Shown one piece after another: positions 21,901-36,003 of a stretch of 64,000 bases of DNA. Every line of letters begins with the position of its first letter. Position 1 is the stretch's first letter. A program made the translations under genes and the position numbers. Below the pieces are notes generated by a model, which saw only the letters and a list, made by a program, of their open reading frames with translations, was not told the DNA's origin and did not search any database. The DNA is from a virus (Duplodnaviria; Caudoviricetes): positions 1 to 64,000 of the IMG/VR virus record IMGVR_UViG_3300028797_000006; one strand, written 5' to 3'.

Positions 21901-23759
21901 GTGAATGATATCAAAATCTTTCTAGTGATGCAGAAAAGAAAGCTTTTTTAGAAGCTGAAAGCAAAGCTAATAAAGAAGCAGCAGATAAAATTCGTGACGC
22001 TCAAATGAAAGATATTGATGCTGCACTTCAAGAAAAGGATAAAGAAGGCAATGCCAAACATAAAATAGAAGATTATGCTTCAGAAATTAATGCTGCTGTA
22101 AATGCAAAACTTTATGATGCAGCAGACGCTACTGGATCATCAAGGGGCGCAGTAAACGTTGTTCAATCTTTAATTGGACAAATGTCTGCACAAGATCAAA
22201 GAATTTTATATGACAAGCCAGAAGAGATTTCTAGAATGTTGAATCAAGTTGAATCAGCAACTATGAAAATTAATGGAGAAGAGAAAAAAATCGCAGATAT
22301 TCTTGAATCTGATGATTATTCTTTTGCAGAAAAAGTTCGAGCTTATACTCAAATGATGCAAACCTTTGGTGCAGACAGTAAAATAGGAAAAGCTTTTGAA
22401 TCATTATATCATGGACTAAGTGATTTAATTAAAGTTACTAATGGTAATACCGATTCTCTCTTAAAATATATAGACGCTCTTAGTATTACAACAGATAAAA
22501 TTAATGATTTCCAAGGAACGATGTCTGAACTTGGTTATGGAAATAAATGAAAAAACATTTTTAATGATTTAGCCAATTTTACAGATATAGAGACTGGAAT
22601 AGTAGATATAGAAGCTATCATTCATAAGAATTTTAGTAATATTAATAAAGATAGTGAAGAGTACGCGAAGATATTAAATACTATTGAAAAACTTATCGGC
22701 GAGTCTGCATTAAATATTGGTCAAAACATGACTAAGACTCAAAATCAAATTAGTAGCGTCTATGAAACAGCAACAAAATGATCAACAATGTCTGCAGCAG
22801 ACCAAGCGAGTTTTTTAAGTGAAAACGCAAAATTATTCAAAGATAATCCTGATTTATATAGAGCATTCCAAACAGGAGATTTTGCGAAGATCGAACAAGC
22901 TCTTAGAAATACAAAATCATTACAAGATGACATAGCACAACAAATTAAAGTTATTAATTCGCAACTTGCGATCGAAGAAGCAAGAGCCGACGCAGATAAA
23001 GATGAGGCTTTAATCCAATATCTTAAAGATCAAAAAGCTGCATTAGAAAAAGAAGAAGATTTTTATAAAGCATCTCTCGATTTGCGTATTGACCAAGAAA
23101 AACGTCAATTAGATATATATAAAGAATATCTTAAAAAGCAACAAGACGCACTTACAAGTGCACTTGAAAAGCGAAAAGATGCATATCAAAAATACTTTGA
23201 TGCAATTAATCAAGAAGAAGAAGATGAAGAATATGAAAAACAAGCCAATATGCTTGCTTCTAATCTTTCTAAACTTGCTTCATCTGACAACGCCGCATCA
23301 AAGCAACAATCCAAAGAACTTGAGAAACAACTTCAAGAATTAGAGAATGAAAGACTAAAAGAATTACGTCAAAGAGCGCAAGAAGCAGTACTTCAAAATC
23401 TTGATGATCAAGTAGAGGAAATTAATAAGAAGTTTGATAAACTTCTTGAAAATAACCAACAACTTCTTGCGGCAATGCTCGTTGATGAAACCAATAAAGA
23501 TGAATTTATTGGTAATATAGTTTCTTCTTCGTTAGAAGGAATGACTGCGAACGAAGCACAAAAATGATTAACAGAAGATTTTATGACTACATTTGGTTCA
23601 TTGCTACCGAAAGAAGCATTACAAGAGATTGAAAATAAAACAACGCAATATATTACTAGTATTACAGCAAATGGACAAAACATATCATTAGATCAAGATC
23701 AACAAAACAGATTATATGATATTATAATGGCCGCATTACAGCAAATTGGATATAATTAA
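18957..23759 (+). CDS. tail tape measure protein (code 4)
   Basis: 1600 aa through 6 TGA; TP901-type core (TREAPETIGTALKT, LAGTRQQSRL), Ala-rich, hydrophobic segments, coiled coil. Confidence 0.9.
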
Positions 23760-23778
23760 AAATAAAGAGGCGAATTAA

Positions 23779-24930
23779 ATGGCATTAAATTTCTCAAAAC
23801 TAGATAACAATACTACAATTGTTAAAAATCCTTGGCATGATGTCGAGATTAGTGAAACTACTCAAAAACGTCGTAACCAACTAAAAAGCGGAATTGATGA
23901 TTTCGCCTCTTTTACTTGGAGAGGAATTGATGCTTTTGACGTCTTCGGCGCTTTTATTATTAATGATAAAAATAGCCTTAAATTTTATAATGGTCCAACA
24001 TATTCTAATTCCTATACAAAACCGCAGTTTGATTCCGCATATGGTCAATTAACTGGCATTACTTTCAATGTTCAGAAGATTGATTTTAAGATTGGAGTTT
24101 ACTGAATCAGTGAGCATCATTATAGACGTTTAATCAACTGATTAAATCCATATGAAATTAATACTTTAACTTTTGGCTTTGAACCTGATTATTTTTATCA
24201 AGTTAAATTAGCTTCTGTTGAAGATGGAACTAGATATATAGTAGGAAGAGAAACAGATGAAAATGGTTCATATCCTATGTATTATACGGAAATGAAACTT
24301 TCTTTTGAAGTTCAAGGACCTGCATGCGCATATCATAGAGCAAGATATGAATGCGAAGAAATTGATCATGGAACCCCAGAAAGAGAAGACGATAGTTCAT
24401 CAGTTTATTATATAACTTCAACACATATTTTTAGCAACAAGCAAGAAGCCCCAAATTCAGATATGGCAGTTCCTATTGAAGTTGTAATAAGAACAAAATT
24501 ATATGGAGATGTAGAAAATCAAGATAATTTGTTCTTTAATATTATTTTAGAGGCTCAATATGGAGATAATGCTTTAATTCCATTGTTTGATATATCTTTT
24601 AAAAATCAGACTTTTTCGACTGATAATCCACAAAGTTTAGATATAAAATATGAATCAGAATCAGGATTACTATTACTTAATGTTGGTGATTCAGAATATG
24701 TTTTATTAAATCAATTATCTACATCTAATTATGGTAAACGTATTGTAGATTCAATTATTGTAAATCATTTTGAAGTGCCGGGTTTATTTGATGATTGTCA
24801 ATTTGATATGCTTAATAATTTAACTTTTAAAATTACTATTCGTTCAAATGCAACTACAGATAGTAATAAAGTTTTAGAATGATTAGACAACGCGGATTTT
24901 AACATTCGTGCTCGTACTAATTTAATATAG
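23779..24930 (+). CDS. putative distal tail protein (code 4)
   Basis: 383 aa through 3 TGA; directly after tape measure; SFTWRG...FG pattern. Confidence 0.65.
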
Positions 24931-24940
24931 GAGGACTGTT

Positions 24941-25942
24941 ATGAATATTAAAAAAATAACAAGTAATAGACCATTATTAACTATTGATGATCCAACAATA
25001 TATCAACAAGCATCAGGTACTTATAAAGATTTTATTAATGTTGCTACTGGTACAAATACTTCAGAAATAGGCAGTGATAGTGACACACTATATTTGATTG
25101 GCACAGATACTACTCATTTAGAGCCTTATGTTTGATGCATGGATGGCACTTATAGAAAAATGCCGAATCCTTTTAGTAAAGGACCAACACTACCATATCC
25201 GACTTTAAGTCATGGAGATTCAGCTATTTATCAATTAAATGATAATTTAGTTGCTATAGACAATCATCTTTATGCCTTGCGTAAAGAACTATCTTATTGA
25301 AATCTTTACAAAATCTCTTATTCAGTAGATAAAGCAGATGATTTTTCTGCAACATTATCTTCTATTGCTCCAGGTGAAGCATTAATTATTAATATTGATG
25401 GGTTATTCTCTTATGAAGGGCAAGAATATTCTAGAGGAGACTTAATTCTTCGTTTAATTGATGGTACTTATACAACAGTTAAAGCGTCAACTTCGGGATT
25501 TTATTATCCTTCACAAGCGGTGCAAGAAAATGGTCAAATAACTTTATATTATTCTTATTGACAGGAAAATACAGTAGATTCTGAACTGGCATCAATTACC
25601 TCTGCGCCATTAAAAGTACCGCATGAAGTAGAATATATTGATATAACGTTAGCCTCCGCAGCAGATAGCTTTATTTATGCAGAACGAGTTGATATGAGTG
25701 CGATTGGCATTTGTACTTTTCAAGCATATAATAATCCAAATAATAATCAACCAATTCCTCCTATTGTTAAATTCTTTACACCAGATGGTGAAGAAATTGC
25801 ACTTGATTTTACTTGTGAATGAAGTTCAATGTATGAATTTAGCACTGAATCTGGAGGAACAGGTCCGGCATATACTATTGAAATTCCAGGTGGTACTCAG
25901 CCAAGCAAACCAAGCATACTACAATATGTTTATATAAAATAA
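24941..25942 (+). CDS. putative tail/baseplate protein (code 4)
   Basis: 333 aa open with TGA=Trp; GGAGG RBS. Confidence 0.65.
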
Positions 25943-25943
25943 T

Positions 25944-27239
25944 ATGAGAAATTATCCATTACTAAAAAACAAGAATAATGCGGTAACTCCGCACAATTGA
26001 CAAAAAACTTATGTCAATTCTTTAGTAATGCATACAAAATCATTAATTGATTACTCTAATTATTTTTTAGCAGACTATAGATTGGGACCTGATTTTAAAT
26101 TTTTAGGGATATATAAAGGATGAGACAACCAAATAAGTCCTAATAATATACAAATACATGAAATAGCAACTCAAGGTGAATGATTAGTAAAGATAACCAA
26201 TTTTACTTTTACTGCAAATACTCATTATGGTATTGTTTGTCATTTGTCACAAGAATATAATGGAGCAATGATTATTAATCCTGATTTTATTAGTGATAGC
26301 CAAGTAACTTTTGATAGCGGAAGGGCTTTTAAAGTAATGGATAACAGAAATCAAAGAGTTGTTTCTTTTACTCCTACTGAGAATATATCAACAACAATAA
26401 ATGAATATAATATTTTAATTCAATCAAATGAGACAGGAGGTCCTTATAGTTTTTATATTTCTAGTGTTGAAATTTGTAGAATTCCTTCAGAAGGAGCACA
26501 TGGAATCAGTTGCTATTCTTTAGAAGATTTAAAATATCATCAATATAGAAATACGAGTGAAGAAGCATATTATTTTTTAAAGGAAAGTGATTGAAAAGAA
26601 GAAGATCGTGGTGGAGATAATCCTCCAGTGCCAACAGATTTGGGCGCGAGAAAAATTCGTGCAGGTCGACATATTATCAATAATAATCAAAAAGAATCTA
26701 ATTTAGATACTTATAAAGATTGGGAAAATATGGTTATTCAACCAATTGGATATACTGCATTCTATATTATGACTTATGATAAAGGTCGTTTTAATTTTAA
26801 ATACACTAGAAATGCGCAACTTTACTATGGCACAGAACAACCAATTACTCCTGCACCATTTGATACAAGATTCTTTTATAGATTAAATGATTTTAATATC
26901 GTTCAACAAGATCCAGGACTTAATATACCTGCAAAACCATATAGAGATGCAGACTATATAGACGATCAACCAAATTATAGTGCACCATGAGGAATTAGTG
27001 ATTATCAGGGAATTGTTTGGACAGATCAAAATAAACCTCCAATGGGATTTTTATATCAGAAAAAAATTAATAATAATTTATTAGGAGAAGAAATTATTGC
27101 TGATGTAAAAGTAAAAGCAACAGTAGAAGTTGCTAGAAACAGTTCTGTTGTTTATACTATGACAGCGCAAGGTAAAAAAGCTGGCGATGAGAGTAAATAT
27201 TTGTATTACTCATCTAATTCAGTATTGCGTTTAATCTAG
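25944..27239 (+). CDS. putative tail/baseplate protein (code 4)
   Basis: 431 aa joining track ORFs 26244, 26628 and 27042 in one frame. Confidence 0.65.
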
Positions 27240-27251
27240 GGGTAAGGCAAG

Positions 27252-30200
27252 ATGGCATATTTTAAATTAGCATTACTAACTTCTCAATTTGAAAATAACA
27301 AGAGTGTTTTATTACAAGATATAATTAGTGAATTTAATACACAAGAAAATGTCTATAATAGTAAAAAAGCACAAGAAGATCCTTCTATACAACGATATGA
27401 TTTAGACTCTTCTACTAATTACTCTCTTGAAAAAAGAAAATATTCTTTTTGTTACTCATATGATGAGAAATTTTCACTTACTCAAAATGCTCAAAAAACT
27501 TTAACCTTTAATATGGATAAATTCATTGTAAAGGAAGATTTACGTGAAGAAAATCCTTTTGCACGCAATATTATTATTGGCTCACAATTACTTTTAGTTG
27601 ATCAATATGGTAATAATTATTTCTTTACTGTTAAAGGAATCGATTATGACATTAAAGAAATAAACATTACTTATAAAATTACATGTCAAGATACTTTTAG
27701 CTATCAAATGACTCGCCAAAATGCTGGTTATACAATAGATAATGATCCTTCTGAAGTTGACTTTATTGGCGCAAAAACTATTGACTGGTGAGTAGTTAAT
27801 AAGATCGTACCAGAATGTCATATAGGATATAATTATCTTTATATGAATGAAGGTCTTTGTGAAATAGAATATATTGATTTAGTAACTAATAAAAAAGTTA
27901 TAGAATATCAAGTTTTTAATTATGGAGATAATCTTAATGATGTTAAACGCATTATTAAAGATGCTTACTCTCCAAATAAAGATAAAGACCTATATGAAAC
28001 AATTCCTTTCTCTTGCTCAGGCTCTAATGCCAATGCGGCATTGATTTCATTAGGAGAAACTTTAGATCTCCAAATAAAAACTTTTGAACATATAGATGGC
28101 TTAAAATACTTTTGATTTGAGCCTAAAAAGAACTCAAATCGTATTGGCGGCTTAGTTTATTCTCCGTATAACTCAATTCAATCTTTTGGATTAAGTCATA
28201 AAGGCGATTCTTTAACAACCATTTTAAATGTTGAAGGTCCAACCTATGATGATGAGTTAATTACGTTAATTCCAGAATTAACCCCACATTTTTCGAACTT
28301 TATCAATAGCAATTCTTGAACCAATCAATATAAAAAAGGCATGTTTTTAGAGCAATGTGCTCCTCAACATTATATTCTTAACGATATGTTGGATAATGAT
28401 CAGACCGTTGATGCTCAATTTTTATACTATACGACTACATGAGATAGCGTGGGAAATCAATATAACCCTATTAATATTACTGCAGAACCTTTTAAAGGAC
28501 AAGGACTTTCTTTAATTTATGATAGAGACAATGGATTTGTTTATTTTAAACTTTTTAGTAATTCAGATCATAATTCTATTTTTAAAGTCAAACCTTTATT
28601 TACGCGAGTCAATTTTAATTTATCTGGTATAAGTCAATTAATTATTACTAGTGAAGATAGCTCAGGTATGATTACTACAAATTGTAGTTCAGATGCATAT
28701 CGTTGATCTTTAGCGGTTATGAAGACGCAAGCAGAAGAAACTGAAGATGAAGAACTAGTTGAAATTGAAGATTTTGTAGACCAAGGAGATCTTAAAGAAT
28801 ATATTAATGATGATGCTATAAGTCTATGAATGAAGATTTTTATAGGAACAGGCAGAGGCACAGTAGGAAATACATTAACTATTTCATTATTTTCTCCAAA
28901 TCTTTGTTTTTATAGAGAAGTTTCGCAAGAAGATATTGAATTTGCTAAAGCAGCAGATGAATGTCCTTGATTAGAAAATAAATTAATTGATTTTAATTAT
29001 TTCTTAGAAAATAAAATGATTACTGAAGATGAATATCGTAATTTAATGAATTTATTCACACAAGATTTACGTATCATCAATGGTAAGTTAATGTTTTATG
29101 CAAAAGCATACTATAAAGCACTTCATGATCGTACAAAACTTTTAGCTGACTTAACAAATCAGCTTGATACATTAGGCGCTGCAGCAAATTCTGACATAGT
29201 TACAACACTTCGTACAGCCAAACAAATTACTAAAGATTTTAATATAGATTCTTTTCATAATGCATATAGAGATACAATTTTAAGTAATATTTCAGACAAA
29301 AAGCCACTTCTTAATTATGATGACATATTGACTGATTATTTTAATAAGTTCTTTAATTCTGAACAGAGATTTTTAAAGAATATTAAAAAGTTTAAAGATT
29401 ATTTTAATTCAGCCCCTACAACTTGAATTGATCCTGCAACTGCATTTTATGATTATATAGTTACAATTACTAATCCAGAAGAAACTTCATATGTTATTAA
29501 TGCAGCATATAGTGCAGATCAATTAACAGCCCCAATAATATATATAGAAGATGGAGACGAAAAAGGAAAACCTCTTTTTCCAATCTATGATACAGAAAAA
29601 GAAATACAATATTATCCAATTACTATTGAGAATTTTAATAAATATTATATTAAAAATGGAGATGGCAGTGGAAAAGCGCCAGTATTATCTGGAGAACTTT
29701 ATAACCCAGCGCTAGCATATTATTATTTTAGCAATGATGAACCAGTTGAAGACGTACAAAAAGAGATTCTCATCAATGGAGATTATTATTATAGAGATTT
29801 TGTACAAGAATTTTATAATTTTAAACATCCATTTGATGATGATGAAAATAGTATTTCTATAGTTGCATGATTAACTTCTCTTCTTCATGATTTTACTGAA
29901 GAAGATTATAAATTTAATTTTCCAATTTTTATGGCATCGTCTTATTATAATGAAGAGAATTATGATGTATTCTTTGTTAATAATGATAATTTTTATAATT
30001 TTTATAAACTTTCTCATGGACAATGATGGTTACAAGACCCTGAAACTATTAGTTATGATGTATTTGGAACGCCAAAAAGTGAAAGCGAACGAGATGATGA
30101 AAAGCCATTAAATAATAATTTTATTTTCTGCTCATATATAGCACCTTGAGAATTTTATAATAATAATTTACCTCTTTTAGATAGTAACTTTGGTATCACA

Positions 30201-32492
30201 TACAATTATGCGTTAAATAACATGGATGGCAACCCAGACGACAATGAAGACCCAACACATATTGACTTCTTTTATAGAGAAACAGCATGATTTAAAGTTT
30301 TAAAGGGAAATCATAAATTAGATCCCAATAAAACTTATAGAATTTTTAAGATTAAAGAGGATGTAGATCTCGAGACAGCTGAAAACTTTTTTGCACAACA
30401 ACTTTCTTTTGGTACTACAACTTACTGACCTATTTATAATAGATTAGAAAATCCTTCATTTTTCTCTCGATGAGTTATAAGAAATAAAAAAGACACAACT
30501 TTACAAATATTACTTAATGATTTAAATATAGAAGGAATTTATCCGGCACCAGAACAAGAATCAACAGACTTTTCTAACTGTTTTATATGACAGAAAGCAT
30601 CTCCTGGAGTAAATGATTATCCTTTTATAATTATAGAGATTACAAATTATCACCTTAAATCTTGTAATTTTGAAGAATTTGAATATAATGACAATGATAT
30701 TTATGTAGATGCAGATGATAAAATTATTGATTTTAATAATTGTCTTTGACCATTACCTATTACAAATCCTCCTCAATTTTATCATCGAGTTGATCCATAT
30801 ATCCATCCTTCTAAATCGCAAATTGAAGAAGAAAGAGAATTTAGTCTTTATGGTGAGTATTACAAAGAAGACACAGAGGGTAAATATTCACGTATTTATA
30901 CTGCTGCGCAATTGGATGAAGACATAATTCTTAGTGGTCGATACAAAACTTTAAATCGATATTCATATAAATATAGTCTTTTAACACCTTATGAAACTAA
31001 AGTAACCATTCCTTTACAAAAGATAGAGTATAAATATGATTCTAATAATAAAATCATTGGAGTCACAAAATCTCAAACTCAAGATTACTTTATTTATTTC
31101 GCAGAGGGTGAAGTTCATAGTGAACCAGCTATATATTACTACTATATCGGCCCTGATTTATCTGCACCTGCTATTGAAATAATGAACAATGTCTTGATTA
31201 TAGATGAATCTGAAAATGTTGATGCATATAATGTCTTCATTGATGATATGATTCATCCAGTAAAAACAATAGAAACAAATATAGAAAAGAATATTAATAC
31301 AACTACTTCTGAAAATTTATATCCAGGAATTATAAATCATAAAGTATGACAGACACATACAGAAGTCATTGAAGATCAACCTATTAGCTTTAAATTAGTA
31401 AAAGATTATATAAAACCGATAGAGGCTGAGACTAATGGACAACTTTGAGATTTATGTAGAAATGGTGATTTAGCAGAAACACCTTATGCGGTAAGTTTGT
31501 CTGCAACAATTGAGGCAGAACTTGAAACATATTGACAACAAGCCTATACAGCAAGTCTCTATTGTAGATATTTCTTACCAGAATCATGACAACCAAACTA
31601 TGGTAAAGATCAAAATTTATTTAGCGATGATATTCTTGGATGAGAAGGAGAAGAAGATGATAGAAAAATTTATTTAAAAAATATTTATATCCCAGATGTA
31701 AGTATTTATACATTAAATAATGAAACAATCCTTCCAAAATATTACATAATACGTGGACATAGAAACGAATACCACATTGATGATCGATCAATTGATAGCA
31801 GTAATCGTATTGATTCATCTGCATTCGCGACAAATCCAGTAATTAAAGAGCTTATTGATTATTTAGGAGAGAATGTAAACAACTTCACTGCGGCAGAATC
31901 CGGCACTACAGCATATTATTATATTGCAGATAAAGATGCAGGAAGCGGTTGCACTTGATCTCAATTGATGTTGAGAAAGGTTGATACAATGTATATGGAC
32001 TACAGCGGTCATTATGATCTTGCATATCGTTTAATCCAAAAAAATTATGAACCTTTAGTTCTCGTAGAATATGAAAAACTAAAATATGAAAAACAAGTTC
32101 TTTGAGATACACTATATCAAACTTATGGCTACTTGATGCTTGAGCAAAACTATAAGAATGATACTGCAACCAACTCATCAGAATTAATGACTCTTGCAAA
32201 ATATGCATTCAGAGATTATTCAGCACCAGAAAGACAACACAATATTACAGTTATTGACGCGACATCATTAAAAGGTTACAAGGGTAATGAAATTAGAGTT
32301 GGTGATGGTATTCAAATTGATGCGCAAGCATATTATAACGAATATGATCAAATTTATAAGAGCTTATCACAATATTTATTTATTACGGATATAAGTTATA
32401 CACTTAGAAGTCCTACTGATATTAGCTTAACAGTTAATAGCATTAAATATCAAGACAAGTTAATTCAAAGACTTGTGAAATTAATCAAGTAG
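27252..32492 (+). CDS. large tail hub / minor structural protein (code 4)
   Basis: 1746 aa in one frame through more than 20 TGA; C-terminal IRVGDGIQI...ITDISY..R typical of Tal-like hub proteins. Confidence 0.75.
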
Positions 32493-32613
32493 ATAGATAC
32501 TCGGAGGAGGAAGCAAAGCTTCTTCCTCCTCAAACAGCTAAAGAGAAGATGCGGTTTTAGCATCGAAATTGACTTCTAAAAAGAAGAAGTTTATAGTAAA
32601 AAGAGGTAAAAAT

Positions 32614-33459
32614 ATGATTCATTGAAAATATATTAAAGGATTAAATGAGCAAGTTAGTGACAATACAACAACACCACTTTATACTCTTATAGATTTTTGT
32701 GAACCGGGCGGAAGTACCACTTTTGAAGAAGCGCCGATAATTAGAACACGTACTAATAATGTCGATGTAATTCAAGGTGTTACCGAGCATGATTTGGGTC
32801 ATATGATTACCCAACTAGCAAGCGGACAACATATTGATGTTCCTTTTGAGTTTCATGATGAGGTTGCTTTTGCAAGTGAAGCTATCTTTGCCAGCGAGGC
32901 ATCATTCTATAATCACTTAAATTGATATCAGCCTGTTGCATCTGATCAACATAATGATTTTAATCTATGACCAACAGCAAGTAATCAAAATTTTTCTTTT
33001 GATGTAGGTGGTGAATTTCACTATACACAGCAATATAGTGGAGTCTATGCTCAATTCTGAAGCTGCAAGCAAGGCAAAGCAATAATTCAATTTTATAATG
33101 ATGATTGCTCGGTCAAGATTCCGAATGGAAAGTGCGAAGCAGTTTATTTCAATGCAACTTCTGATAAACGCGCGAAAACAGATCTCAAACCCCTTTCAAT
33201 TAATGCTCTTGACTTAATTAAACGTGTACAACTCTATACATTTAAATATAAAGATACAGATTTACCATCAATTGGTATTATTGCGCAAGATATTCAAGAC
33301 ATTAATATCGAAGGTTTTGATCTTGTAGATAATAAAGAAGCTTCTGGAGTTGATATGGATTATATGTCCATTCATGAATCAAAACTTATTTATATCCTTT
33401 GAAAAGCCATTCAAGAGCAACAAAAAGAAATTGAAGATCTCAAATCTAAAATAAAATAA
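32614..33459 (+). CDS. tail fibre with C-terminal peptidase S74 intramolecular chaperone (code 4)
   Basis: 281 aa, invisible in code 11; TSDKRAKTD...IGIIAQD...L(W)KAIQEQQKEI. Confidence 0.85.
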
Positions 33460-33486
33460 AAGACCTTACTTGAGGTCTTTATTTTT
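33457..33486. terminator. probable bidirectional terminator
   Basis: AAAGACCTT-actt-GAGGTCTTT between convergent genes. Confidence 0.7.
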
Positions 33487-33492
33487 AAAATT

Positions 33493-34107
33493 TTATTCGG
33501 GATTAGGGATTGGATCAGGAACTCTTTTCCACCTATATATAAGCGTATTTTCAACAAGTCTAACAGATAATTGTCCAACTTGAACATCGCTTCAACCACT
33601 ATTTCATATTACAGCTTTAAAATAACCGTTATAATCGCTTCCCATTGAAAAACGTACCAATAAATCTGGCTGTGTATCTATATATGCATAATAAAAATTT
33701 TGTCATGTTGGATATAAAGTCATTCTACCAGAATATACATTCATATTTTTTTCGTAAGTAATATCAAATGTTTTACCAATATATTGTTCATAATTATCTA
33801 CTTTAATATAATCTTTACTACTTGATAATTCCTGGCTTATCCATGATCCTGGAATATATATATCTTCAATTCTTTCTCATGTTCCGCCAAGTTCAGCAAT
33901 AGGGCAGCCATATTTACCAACTGTATCTTGTGTCGCCTCTATTTGTTCTAACGACATGTAAATAGAACCTATTGGATAAACAGCGTCTAATAGCAACCCC
34001 TCTATAAATAGCTCTTCTTTTATCTCCTCTTTTGCTCCTCGTTTTGCATTGTTTTTTGCATTTTCTGCTACTTGGCCAATTAATCTAATCGTATCTTTGT
34101 CTGGCAT
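33493..34107 (-). CDS. baseplate gp10-C-like domain protein (code 4)
   Basis: 204 aa; YPIGSIYMS...GGT(W)ERI...IYRWKRV. Confidence 0.7.
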
Positions 34108-34109
34108 AC

Positions 34110-34826
34110 CTACTTCCTCCCGAAAGCATTTTGAATTGGTCCCGCATGGTTCATAACTCCATAACGTCCAATGAGTATTGCCTCCGCGACATCGTTATTT
34201 ACTTTAACATTATATTTTTCTTTAACTATTGCTACACTTAATTGTTTCTCTTGTAGTCTAGTTTTTCCGCAAGTCCCCGCGAATTTTCGCCACACATTAG
34301 GACTTACAACTTCATAAGCAATACCATATTCAGTGCACAATTCTTCTAATACACCCAATAGCATTGCTAATATCTTAAATGTAAGAACAGCACCCCATTG
34401 ATATTGAATATCTTCCATTACAATAAAGTCCGGTCTCCATTCTTTAATCACTATATCTTCAATAAACTTCTTAATTTGATGGAGTCTAGTATTAAAGTTC
34501 CCAACAAAGTTATATAAATTAAAGAACTTTAATTCTCCATTATCAAACACACTTAACCCAAAACTTTCAGTTGCCTGGTCAAAAGCAATTACTCTATATC
34601 CAGATTTTGACGGCACTGAACTAGGATTAACAAAATTAATTTTATCACATTGAGGACAACTAAAACTTGGTAAACGGAAATTAGCAAGGCTTGTCTCAAT
34701 TTCATGGCCTTTTGGACAACGAATTTTAATTATACTTTCTAAATTAGTATAATTTGAGGCATCAACTAAGCTATAACCTTTACTTTCTACTTCTGTCTTA
34801 ATTGTTTCAATAGATAAACGACCCAT
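34110..34826 (-). CDS. RuvC-like Holliday junction resolvase with N-terminal zinc ribbon
   Basis: CPKGH...CPQC; IAFDQAT, MEDIQ, NDVAEAILIG. Confidence 0.8.
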   Translation of the reverse strand: MGRLSIETIKTEVESKGYSLVDASNYTNLESIIKIRCPKGHEIETSLANFRLPSFSCPQCDKINFVNPSSVPSKSGYRVIAFDQATESFGLSVFDNGELKFFNLYNFVGNFNTRLHQIKKFIEDIVIKEWRPDFIVMEDIQYQWGAVLTFKILAMLLGVLEELCTEYGIAYEVVSPNVWRKFAGTCGKTRLQEKQLSVAIVKEKYNVKVNNDVAEAILIGRYGVMNHAGPIQNAFGRK

Positions 34827-35017
34827 TAATTTTCTTCCTTATCTAACTCTTGAATACGAGTTTCGACAATTGCGGCTTTAACCATGAGGTCACTATCTAA
34901 AATCATTTTGCTAACGGCATTTCTAAGTTCTTCTCTTTTTTCAATTAATTGTTCTTTTGAGAAGCCTTCAATTTCTGCTCTAAAGTTAGCGATTACATCT
35001 TTAATATTGTTTTCCAT
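34826..35017 (-). CDS. hypothetical protein
   Basis: 63 aa, GAGG RBS, coupled to the resolvase gene. Confidence 0.65.
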   Translation of the reverse strand: MENNIKDVIANFRAEIEGFSKEQLIEKREELRNAVSKMILDSDLMVKAAIVETRIQELDKEEN

Positions 35018-35183
35018 AATATAAAACCTCTATATCTTATTATATCGAAAGTATATTGAGAAGTCCAATTTCAAAGTAAAATCATCTTTAAGAACGGTTG
35101 ATTTTTGATTTTCATATAGATAGGCTCTATACTATTTACGGTGAGGAGAGCTAGTGCTAAAATACGCACTCTCGGAGGCTTAT

Positions 35184-35630
35184 ATGAATCCAAACGTAGT
35201 AGCATGAATAGTTGGTGCAGTAATAACACTAGTTGAAGGTGGTATAGCGACCATAATTGGTTTATGAATTAAAAAGAGATGAGATACTTATCATAGAGAA
35301 CGTGATGAGCTTGAAGAGTTGCGTGAACGCAATCGTCAAGCGGCTGAAGATAAACGTTGCAATGATATGAAAACATCAATTCATGAAGAATTTAAACCAG
35401 TAATCGCTGACATGGACTTAATGAAGAAAGCCATGCAAAAAGACATTAGACGTAGTTTACGACAAGATGCGGCTCATTATATTAAACGTGGATGAGCATC
35501 ACATCAAGAAAAAACTGAATATGATGAACTCTATTGGTGCTATCATAATTTAGGTAAAAATGGTGTCGTAGATCACGATCATGAAAAGGTAATGAATTTA
35601 CCAGAAGAACAACCACGACAAGGAGAATAA
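35184..35630 (+). CDS. holin-associated membrane protein (code 4)
   Basis: 148 aa, GGAGG RBS, N-terminal TM helix, C-terminal YHNLGKNG as in Bacillota phage lysis-cassette proteins; 4 TGA. Confidence 0.7.
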
Positions 35631-35631
35631 G

Positions 35632-35973
35632 ATGGATACCATCGCATTAGTTAAGGAAATTTTCCTCTTAATTACCGCCTTTGTTGGTTTAGTAGGAACA
35701 GGAATTGGAGCCTACTTTGCAATCAAAGGAGCATTTAAAGCAGCCAAAAATAAAACCTTTCAAGAAAATTGGAATACTCTTATGGCTATTGCCGATGCCG
35801 CTATGCAAAAAGCAGAACATTCTGACAGCTCAAATAAAAAAGACATGGTTATCGGCATTGTTAAAGAAGGTGCAAAAGCAGCAGGAATTAATATTGATGA
35901 CTTCCTCGATAAGCTAAGTGCATATATTGATCAATCAATTGGCTTCTTTAATGGCATGAACGGTAAAAAATAA
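35632..35973 (+). CDS. holin (LL-H-like)
   Basis: One N-terminal TM helix, A..AMQKAE...KK, basic C-terminus. Confidence 0.7.
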   Translation: MDTIALVKEIFLLITAFVGLVGTGIGAYFAIKGAFKAAKNKTFQENWNTLMAIADAAMQKAEHSDSSNKKDMVIGIVKEGAKAAGINIDDFLDKLSAYIDQSIGFFNGMNGKK

Positions 35974-36000
35974 AAAGAACCTAATGGTTCTTTTTTATTT
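35972..36000. terminator. bidirectional terminator
   Basis: AAAAAGAACC-taat-GGTTCTTTTT. Confidence 0.8.
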
Positions 36001-36003
36001 GGA

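Noticed and set aside
3756-33459. Pseudogenised or error-ridden prophage (fragmented ORFs)
   Set aside because: All breaks I traced are in-frame TGA, with no frameshifts or internal TAA/TAG, and the joined genes abut neatly.
27252-33459. Diversity-generating retroelement or invertible tail-fibre cassette
   Set aside because: No reverse transcriptase, recombinase or template/variable repeat pair was seen in the window.
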